Assembly (NCBI GenBank): GCA_002633005.1
Contig: NMRA01000203.1
Span: 69,034-133,033, forward strand
DNA: 64,000 nt
From: Phoronis australis
Taxonomy: Eukaryota > Animalia > Phoronida
Direction of reading: 5' to 3'
The notes under the pieces are model-generated. The model made no database searches, was not told the origin of the DNA, and saw only the letters and a list, made by a program, of their open reading frames with translations. Within the stretch, counting starts at the first letter, position 1, and each line of letters starts with the position of its first letter. Both the position numbers and the translations under genes were made by a program. Positions 1-64,000 of the stretch are shown piece after piece.

Positions 1-190
1 GATTATTTTGTCTACTCGATGACAGGCCAGGGATTATTTTGTCTACTCGATGACAGGCCAGGGATTATTTTGTCTACTCGATGACAGGCCAGGGATTATT
101 TTGTCTACTCGATGACAGACCAGGGATTATTTTGTCTACTCGATGACAGGCCAGGGATTATTTTGTCTACTCGATGACAGGCCAGGGATT
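1..190. repeat. 31-bp minisatellite, about 6 copies, runs off the window
   Basis: gattattttgtctactcgatgacaggccagg. Confidence 0.95.
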
Positions 191-563
191 GTGGTTAAAG
201 AACAATTTTCTGGTACTTCAAGACTGATCTGACATGGACTTGTCAACAGACAAAAATGCTGAAGTCTACATCACGTGATCAAAAACTTTTAAAGTTTCAT
301 TCAGCAAGATGGTGTTTCAACTCTACGTTTTGATAACCTGTGGTCTTGCAACAGAGTTCTCAATAATTCACAGCACTGAAACTTCGTGAGATTAGACCAG
401 GATGTTCAGGAAAAAAATTGGCACTGAAACAAAGCTGCTGTCTAAAATCATTTTATTATTTAATGACACTATCTTGTGTAACATCCAATTTCTAACCAAA
501 CATTGTCAGATAGCTTTTACTGAATAAAAAATAGTAGTTGCAACAGTTTCTAACTGAACTCAC

Positions 564-54599
<54,036 letters not shown>

Positions 54600-55650
54600 G
54601 CTTAAACTGAAAAAATGAATAACAAAATATTAAACTTATTTGTACAGTTTACCTGACCATGTTTTATCTCACCAACAGTCAATTTACACCAATAACCAGT
54701 CATCTTGACCACTGTTATAGTATGTAACAGCAGGTCATGAATTTTTAAAATACTCTTGAAGAGTAATCACGATCTGACTCGATCATGTATTTGCCTCATT
54801 TCTGACATGCACCCCACCTGTGAAACACAGTGGTTTATTGCCTCACTGCTGGACAGTACAACACTTAACATTTTCCATCAAAAAATAACTTCTGAGTGCT
54901 CCTTGAGGATGATAATTCAACAGGATAAAATGCAGACATGTCAAATATGATCCAATCTAGATAAACAATAGTGAGCAACAAGATGTATCCTAGCATAAAC
55001 AATACAGAACTCAGGCTCCAAACATTTGTAAGTCATGTCCCCCCACTCCACATTGACATTACTCTAGAACAACTTGCTCTAGAGCATCAGCCAAGCATCC
55101 ATATTTGCCACCTGACACTTTGTGACACAACTGCAATTATCAAAATAGAGGTGGATTACTTGCTTTTTTCTTGCTAAGACTTTAAACATTTCTCCGTCTT
55201 GTGATCGTGGAATGCAAGTACAAGAAGGTTTCATGGGGCAATTACAAACCAGTGCCCTCTGTCAAAAAAATTTTGATTTAGGCCAGCTTCCGATACATAA
55301 TCAGTCTTATCTTGTTCTTTTTCAAAATAGAAACGATTCCTAGGCTTGAGAAGAATTGCCTGAGGTTATCGTAGCTACAGGGCTGGCTCATAAAGTTGCC
55401 AGTCACAGCAGATAAATTGCTTTTGCTAACACGGTACAGCTATCATGAAAATTCCAGGTGACTTCAATTCAAACACATGATAAGAACCCGATGACCTTAC
55501 TTAGGAAAAACAAATATGTCTAAGAAGAAAATTCATGTTTTAGCACAAAAGCATGGTTTATAGTGGCTTTAAGATAACAAAGTGATGAGCCGTGACCACG
55601 CCGGCAACAAAATTTTACACAATGCAGGTATGTACATCCCTATGATAAAG

Positions 55651-55942
55651 TAGGGTTTTCATAGTTCATGACGTTGTTGAGCAGGTAAAATTTCATTTAC
55701 TACGAATTTTTTGTTGTGGAGGATTCGAATGTTTCCACCCTCATCTAAGGGTCTTCTTTAACGAATGGATTACGCGCGTTTTGTTGACCTAGATCAGCCA
55801 TAAGCTCATACACCAAGGGGAGCTGTTGTCCTTGGTCTCTATTCATGGTGGGTTGTCCGCTCTTGTTAAAGACAGCCTCCTTATCATTTTGAGAGAACCA
55901 GTGTTCCTCTCTGGCTAGGAACTGACCATTGTCCCTGTCCAC
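55651..55942 (-). mobile_element. 3' end of a second Penelope-like family (GIY-YIG C-terminus plus pLTR)
   Basis: LAREEHWFSQNDKEAVFNKSGQPTMNRDQGQQLPLVY resembles the PLE endonuclease tail (KEAI.I....P.LNRD.G); decayed hammerhead at about 55722-55768; homologous pLTR piece at 11006-11110. Confidence 0.7.
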
Positions 55943-55949
55943 AGTATGC

Positions 55950-56187
55950 TAGGCTCGCGCTAGCCACTCGCCACTGGCGAATTCTGACCACCACTGGCAA
56001 TTGTAGAGATAAGTCCATTTGCCAACTTGGTGACTGCTTTCACAACTCGACAATAAAAATTAATTTCGGGGAAATCTACTCTAATGTCGACTCAGTCAGC
56101 TCGAATCAAGTCATGCTGCCAACAACATTCTTACTTCAATTTGGAATCCTACCCTAAAAATAACAAGCAAATGCTCCATTTCATGTC
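55950..56187 (+). mobile_element. DNA-transposon terminal fragment; inverted partner of 50344-50577
   Basis: Aligns with the reverse complement of 50344-50577. Confidence 0.75.
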
Positions 56188-59100
56188 TGTCACTCCCACG
56201 CCACGAGTTTGTTATCTCTTTTTAAATCAAAATACGTCACATGCAGGGCTTTATCCAGGATTTCCAAAAATAGGGAGTCCAAAATGGGGTTCACAATATT
56301 CCAGGGCGTCTATGATTCCAGTGGCGCGTTACCCCCACATTTCACCAGTAACCCTCCCCCCCCACACACACACACCATATTGAGTTTTTTACAAAAAAAA
56401 AATGTGTACACCACGGCTTTTACACCTTAGTTTACAAAAACAGCTCCCTTGTAGTAAGCTTTTTTACTAAAAACAGTGTGGCCCAAAACTTCTATGTCTA
56501 AATTTACGAAAACAGCCAAGAAGCTTACGAAACAAATATTGCAGATATTGGTTGAACAATGAGTGCACTAAGTTTTTAGCGATCTCAAGTCAAATTGCTG
56601 TTATGAAGCGTATATCATTTTAGCTAGCTTTTATATTCTGTACAATAAGCCATCAGAGCTGCAGTTACCAACACAAGAAAAATGCACAGATGATGTGTGG
56701 TTTATATTTTGGCAACAGGTGTCACTGTTTCTCCATATTAAAACATTAAAACGCACATTGAACAGCATGAAATGTGAGCAAACTCAAAAATTTTAAATAG
56801 GTATATTCTTGTGGCATGATATAGTATTAAACTAATGACATTTATTTTGCTTTTGGTGTTTTTTAACCTTGGTTTGCCTTAGGCATATCACTGGTGACCA
56901 GATCAATTGGGTGTGGAAGAGAAAAAATGTTACTCCCATCATTAAAACGACCAAATGTGATTTGTGAAAAAAACACAAGCGAGGCAGTGGAAATTCCATG
57001 CTCCATTAGTTCACAAAGACAAAGAGAGATACACTCTCAAAAGAATATTATGTTTCTGAATTCCATGTTAGATGTAAACTAGTACCAGTTCTATGAAATC
57101 CTATTTCAAACTTTAAAAATAACCCTCTTTTCATTCTTGATAATATAATAACAGTATTGTTATGTGTCCACTGCTGCATGGCAAACCATAGTACTTACTA
57201 AATAAAGTTCAGGTATAAGGTAGGACTTTATCCTCAAGTCTATGTATTAGTCACAAAACCACAGATGTTAACTCAGTAAAGGTGTTTATTTTCAGAAGTA
57301 GAATGTCAGTAGAATTTGGTTATCAACTTTTCACCAATTTCTCTCACATGACCAACCAAGTCTTTTCAGTCAAATTTAACGAGCAAGAAAAGTACATTCA
57401 TAGCAAAACCCCAACAACAGTAACATGGCCAAATTTCGTCTAATACAAATGTTCAAGACCAAATATCAAATGCTGTCAGTTTTCTGAATTGAAGCAACGT
57501 TTGAGTATATTTAAAAAAATCATGTGTAAGTACTTTTTGATAACCCTCATGCAAAAGTGGAACATCTTATAAAGTTTTTCAAACAGAGAACAGAAGAGTA
57601 GTAATTACCGGTATATACCATAGCATCTCAAAGTTTTACATGAATCTCATGAGTCATTTCTAAGATACGATTTAGCTAAATTTTTTGACATTTTTCTAGG
57701 GTCTTGCATAAGTTTAACAATCATACAAGATCTTATGTTACTTTCAAGGGATCAAGAAATTCATTGCTAAATTTAATGAGATGTTTCTCTTTGATCTATT
57801 CACTAGTCTTCCTTCATAAATGTACAATTAACATTTTACCTAACCCAGAGAGACATCCTGTCAATAGTTCCAGGTGTCTGAAGCCTCAAATCAAGGAGTT
57901 CAGTTAATACTATGGACAGGTTTTCATAATTTTCAGAGAAATAAATCACTAACTAAACAAAACTAAAATTGCCACTAGGTTGTCCTGCTCTGCTACAGCA
58001 AAAACTGGAGTCTTACTCTAATACTTTTAACATTCTATTTCAGGATAAATTTCACGAAGATCACGTGAGCAGCAGTAGGGTAGATATGGACACCAACAAT
58101 TTCTGTTTACCAACAGGGGGCAGATGGCCAGTCTTGAACTAATATTCAACTGTCGATGAAAACACTGTTTTGCGCTAAACAATCATTTTCCAATATTTTT
58201 TGAACTATGTAGAATTTTGGCTTAATACCGTTAACAGGTACAAGAACGATTATTCTTTCGTAACCTTGGCCAGATTTTAAGGCCACTCCCCCCTTTCTGG
58301 CTACTCTCAAATCTTTGACAGTGAAGGAAAGTTCTCTTCAGATTCATATATCAACATACCTCTTGTAGGGATCGAACTCTGAGCTGTTTGCCTGCCGTTT
58401 GCCTTTTCTTTTTAGTAAACAATGGAAGAAACTGAGTTGGGACCGGTACCTTCTGGATGATAAGGGAAAACATAGCATCTTGCTAAACTTGCTAAATTGA
58501 CATCGATGACTCAACAGTAGACTGATGAGGAGTGATTGTGTTTTAAGCGCATGTTTATATTGATTTGCAGCATGCCTCATTGAGAGAGACTCTTATTCAT
58601 GCAAAGGTTCTCTGCTTTCAGCTGGGACGTCTGTTTCTAAGGTTATCATTCCCAAGAGAATGATTGAATATCTGAATCACAGGAGATAAAACAGCATGAA
58701 GTGATAGCTAGCCTTGGATAACTCAGGGAGTTGACCGGACTTTTCAATGAAAATGTGTAGACACTATGTTTTGTATAGTTTGTAAGTGAATTTTTAGTCA
58801 GGCAAGTTCTGTTCAAGTCATGATGCACACTCACAATCTGGATGTACAACAAATACGACCAGTTCATCAGGATGTATGTATGCTGTTGCACCATACGACC
58901 TGACATTATGGTTGGCGACAGGGTAAAAATCTCTCAAGTGGCCACGGAGTCGCCACACTCAACCAAGCACACGCTCAAAATGTAACAGAGGTAAACAGAC
59001 AGTGACAGAATTGCTTGGCAAAAACACAATGGCTCGTTGATGACTAATATAGACGTGCCTCGATCTTCTGCTTTTTCGTTAGGTTGGTTGGTCTGCGTAG

Positions 59101-60634
59101 GATACGAGACCAAAAAGGGGGGATTAGCCATTAGCAAAATTGTAAAGGACTCCTAATTTTGCACTTGACTCAAACAAGGTAGCACAGCAGGCGAGGTACA
59201 ATTCTAATTTGAACACATAAGACTTCTAAATTCTTGATAATGACATTCATGCTAATATTGTCAATGCATGTATTGTAGAGTAATGTGTGCACAAAAGTGA
59301 CTTCCACTTGATCCACACTCAGATATGGTGGACAGATTTTCAATTACTACATAATTATTTACTTAAAAGCAAAGGAATAAATTCCACAATCAGATCCTCC
59401 CACTGTTTGATTAATTTAAGTTCCCTAAATCTATTTCATCTTTTTGACACCCGCTAAAATCCAAATTTTCTCCCATTATCAGCAGCAACCACTAGTTTTG
59501 TTGCAGATCCTTCTTGCAGTGAGAAATGTTGTCCTTGTTCATTCATAAACATTTCAAAAGGTTTACCTTTTCCGTAAGGCACAAGTACATCCCACCACAC
59601 AGCAATAGAAATTTGCCTGCATAATAAAAGCAGGTGCTAAACCGTTTAAACCAATAGGTTGAAACCTACCGTCCACATGTCATGTAATCTGTAGGTGACC
59701 CTAAACGCCTGTCTATCAAAGAGCTGATCACCATCTGACGGGACAGTGAATTTAAAAATGGGAGCAGCTATTTCGAAATTAAGCTACAGGGATCATCCAA
59801 TAGGTCACAATCACTCATACTTATGAAGACGTCAGTTGTGATGGAAGTCTTTAAAAGTTTAAGATAGTTTTACTTGTCATGGTCTCTAATTTTTCCATAC
59901 TTCAAAACTGTTAACATTTTATAATATTTATGAACAACAATGCAATTCGAAGTAAGTAAAAATTTTCAAGAACATAATTCACTAGTAGGCCATATTGTGT
60001 GCTCGTAACAGGATGTAAAATGTGACCTTTGAATTATAATTTTTGTTTGGATAACCTACAGTCAAAAAGATGAATCAATAACACACAAGCAGATTCCTTT
60101 GGTAAACGTTTGGTATTATGTTCTCAATTTTATTTGATAATTATTTTACTGCAAAAGGAGTTTGAAAGGAAAAGCAATGACTAGCTGGCGATTTAGCTTG
60201 TATTGCACTGCTTAATAATGATGAAATACCAAGATGATTCCTATAACGAAAGCATTCAAAACCTGAACCTCCAAATGGCACCCTGGAATTCAACATAAAG
60301 TTGCGACTTCAGTGGTTTTTTAACACGTTTCGACGTTCTGTTGATTAACGCAGGGTTGGCGATAACACCATCGCCATCACTGAAATACACAATGAAATTG
60401 AAACGGATGAAATTTTCTGTGAACCGGTGAGTCCCCGGAGACGCAATTAATTTCTCGAACGAAAATAAACCTCGGCTAAGTCACAACTTGTTCATTTTTG
60501 TATTCAGAGGGTTTTACAACTTCATCAGCTGCGACACTTAATGCGTTGTTCACAAGGACACTCTTCATTCTGGATTCCTCCAGCAGTATAACACAGACCA
60601 TTGATTCAAATGAGAGGAAAATTCCGACAATTTA

Positions 60635-60710
60635 ATTGGTCAATCCAGTCTCGCGAGACATCACCAGTGACCTGACGATAATTCACAAGACTCATACTAG
60701 TCAAACCAAT
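60635..60710. promoter_or_regulatory. Candidate housekeeping, possibly bidirectional, promoter
   Basis: Perfect palindrome GTCTCGCGAGAC (60648-60659; TCTCGCGAGA is the BANP/M8-type motif), flanked by ATTGG (60635) and CCAAT (60706), about 6 kb upstream of the ATG exon. Confidence 0.55.
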
Positions 60711-63700
60711 TGCCTTAAAAGGAATTTCGTTGGCTGATCCAACGTTTATGGTTACTCCCAGTGAAAAATGCCATGCTGTTCACAACTCCTTACTTTAGCG
60801 GCAGTGCGCAACGTTTGTGATTTCGGTTAGAGTAATTCTGGGACTTTGCACATCCAGTGCTGTCTATGATTTCCTAGGGTTGACCTGCGCATACAACATA
60901 TTCAGTCATGTGGTCTGCCGTCCAAAGGAAGAATTATTTTACAAACCGAGAGAAGTTCCAGATACAGACATAGACCCAGATTCTGATACGACGAATAATC
61001 CAGATCTGCAACGTCATAATGCAGTCCTGCCAACAAAACGCAAATAAGCATGAAATGAGCAGTGGGCCGGATTTTTGCCGACAACATCAGACATTGGCAT
61101 TCTTATGAACATTCACTTAACTTGAAAATAGACAGTTCTTATCCGGAAGAATAAGTTAGTAATAATCCTTAAAATATTGGAAATGATACAGTTGCAAACA
61201 TTTGAAAATTCAGTTCATAGCTTTCTAAAAGTATTGGCTTTAACAAGCCTTGCTCTTCCGTCCAAGTAAGTGGAAACGCATGTGAATCGGTTTGTTTACT
61301 CAACCTAATTACATATTCAAGATGGTGGACAAAACCGTATCAGTATGATGTGCACTCTATCTAATTAGACGAAACTGTTGACTCGTATGATATGCAGTTT
61401 GTTTAAGAATTTCCGTAGTTTAGAGGTTTACCGTTGATGTTCCATCTTTTTGACATCAAATCCAGACAAACATTGCGAGGGTATTGACTACAGGAATGCA
61501 GTGCAAGACACCAGACTGAGAGAAAACATAAGCTCAAATTTCAAGACCATGTATGATAAAAATGCCACCTCCTTTACCAAGACACGTCACTCAGACTGTC
61601 TAGTTCCAGGGAAAACAAGACATTGCAGCTGAAAACTTTGCCTCTTTTTGGAGTTAATCGACATTGACATCGCTAATATGAAAATCAAAAAATTTTTCAA
61701 GTAAAATGTTTTTTCTAACAGTTTCAAACACGTTTGTATGGCCTTACGTTTTGCAGTCATTGGATAAACAAATTGTCAATGACACTTTTTATTTCCACTT
61801 CACTGTACTATATGATATTAGATGGGTAAATACACCACATAGGTCTGCCTGTCAACTGGTTAGAAAACTTATTTAAACATGGACAGGGTACATCCAAAAT
61901 CTGCTATTCAACCAACACTCATCTTGTCCAAATTTGGCTAATTTTGGAACATCATATATCAGAAACGGTTTATGACATTTTCAGATATTATGCATAACGC
62001 ACTGTTCTACAAAACACTGTAAGAAATTGTTTGTGAAATTTTCCACTTTTTGCATGACGCCTTTTATGATTTTCAGGAGAAAACTTTAAAGTTGCAAAAA
62101 ATGAGAACAGAATGAATTTTAGAAAACTGTAACAGTGTTTTTCAGATATCACCTTTAACACTTATATCAACTAATATTTATTCATGTTATTAACACCATT
62201 ATTTTACAATCAATATACCATTCTTGTTAGCTAAATTTTAGTAAAAAGATATGGTCACGAGATCCAGTTAATAACAGTTTGCGAAAAAAATCACGATATA
62301 CAGGCTTTCTACTTTCAGAAAATATGTACTTTTACTGACTTAAAATCTACAGTTTTATTTGGCTTAATACGCACACGTGTCAATAAGGTTCTAAACAACA
62401 TTAAATGAAAAACAATTACTTTAATAAGTCACTTTCTTACACCAATCTCTACGGCTTGTGCAACAAAGAAAATATTGTCGATGACTTGATAACAGTTTTG
62501 CAACATTTTCAGGAAATGATGACAACTTGTAATGGTAATTTATTATCACCTGTAACCATGACAACTTTTAATGGTAATTTGTTATCACCTATAACCAGTT
62601 GTTTTACTCAAGAAACATAGTAGTTCTAAATGAGTCAGATTTTATTTTGCCAGCTTTTTACTTTTTATTTTATTTATTTAGCTCACACAAGTACTGAAAA
62701 TACATGAAAAAATCAAATGAAATAAAATAAAGAAGAGTACAAGTGGGACCAAGGATAGCACAAGTTAATGTTTTATTTCCATTGTGGTCCACATCTATGT
62801 GAGGGGTTGCTTAATGTGGTTTGTGGTTTGTGTCATGGTTTCTAACCAGACACGACTGTACCATGCATACATGCACTGTACATGTCACTGTTCCTGATTG
62901 GATAACTGGTACTACTGGAAGATACCATTATTTATAGTGCTGACAATTCCTCTTGCCTCAAAACATGTAGCTAATGTAACTTGGGCACTATGAACGATGT
63001 CTACTACTCAGTGCCGTTTTATGCCTTGACTATGTCATCTCATATTGATCACATACAGATATGACACATCACATCAGCTTTGCTCACTAGGAAGTGAAAC
63101 GTGTCAGGGCCCTCGCTTCTCCAAGAGGAAAGGTCCCTGTGCCTTCCGAGACAGGAATTTTTGTGTTGAAGGAATAATGCCCAAGTCAGAACTTCCCCTG
63201 GTCTGCACTCCTCATCAGCAGAGCCTCAAGAAGTAGCCATAACGTTATGAAGAAGTGATTCGAACCTCGAGAGGAATTTTTTTAATCATTGGAGGTAAAT
63301 TTGTGGGTCTGATGAGCATTTCACATCATTTTTAAATATCATGGGAATGAGGCCAATATTAGGCCCATTAAAAACGTGACCCGTTTCACAGCACCTTGTA
63401 CTTCATCAACAGTCTCACTATCATCAAGCGGCCGGTTCATCAGGAAATTTGATCAGGTGTGGAGAAGAGCAATAAAACACTGGGCAAAATAAAGTGAAAC
63501 AATATGGACTAAAACTTGTGATTTTCGAACTGTTTGGCTTCTGAAATTCCATGAAAAAAGCTTAAGTTAGATCAATTTCGCCCGAACAAATGCGATCACA
63601 ATTAGCCATATAACATACATTAGGTTTTGGTTCTTAGGTAATATATGATTTTAGGTTTTTGTAATGCAAAATTGAGTCCTGTGCTGTGGTAGGTGACAGC

Positions 63701-64000
63701 ACAGCATAATGTATTTTGTATGATGGAAGCTTTACAGCGAATTATGCCACACACTGATTAAATCATCAAAGTCACTTTGCTATAAGAACCTTTTGGGCAT
63801 AGAAAACCTCCTTAGGAGGCGTTGATGTCTTTAGTTCCTTCCAACTCCACTTTTTTGGTTGCTGTTAACTTTTTTGCCGTGTGCGATAACCACAAAGTAT
63901 TTCAACTAACGTCAAATGAGTTAGGCAAGGACAAGCGCGAGATTGAGCGAAGTACGTAACCTGCCATGTGACACTTGCAAAAATTAGCATGGGAAAGTAT

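Noticed and set aside
1-190. 31-bp repeats of CRISPR-like length (also 27814-27995 and 37916-38118)
   Set aside because: Head-to-tail with no unique spacers, no cas genes, and a eukaryotic intron context; these are ordinary minisatellites.
55722-55768. Hammerhead in the second Penelope family
   Set aside because: Core reads TTAAAGA instead of CTGANGA; recorded only as a decayed remnant.
58340-59140. Several 67-86 aa minus-strand ORFs upstream of the ATG exon
   Set aside because: No recognisable protein, frequent stops in all frames and no coherent splice pattern.
61050-64000. Head-to-head neighbour gene (GPATCH11 in vertebrates) or an exon at 63091-63236
   Set aside because: No recognisable GPATCH11-like N-terminus, and the 63.1-kb segment has no frame I can match to a known protein.

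Overview
Eukaryotic, AT-rich animal genomic DNA. An invertebrate, possibly a mollusc or other lophotrochozoan, is inferred from the repeat landscape but not proven. Most of the window (564-54606, minus strand) is one multi-exon gene encoding HEAT repeat-containing protein 5 (HEATR5B/Laa1/p200 family, AP-1 accessory factor). I reconstructed 35 coding exons by hand, all GT-AG and phase-consistent (5899 nt, about 1966 codons). The last exon(s) lie beyond the left edge, and an unplaced non-coding first exon lies upstream, probably near a TCTCGCGAGA/CCAAT promoter at about 60.65 kb. The introns carry Penelope-like retroelement relics with minimal hammerhead ribozymes, non-autonomous Helentron-like elements (one family rich in CTCF-like motifs), an AcademX-like DNA transposon relic, an L2/CR1-group LINE fragment, several MITEs and many minisatellites. 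Most notable: a 33-nt frame-preserving microexon with Rbfox/QKI motifs downstream, three independent duplications of exon-end plus splice-donor sequence into the adjacent intron, intronic hammerheads, and an inverted repeat pair flanking the ATG exon. No prokaryotic system is present.
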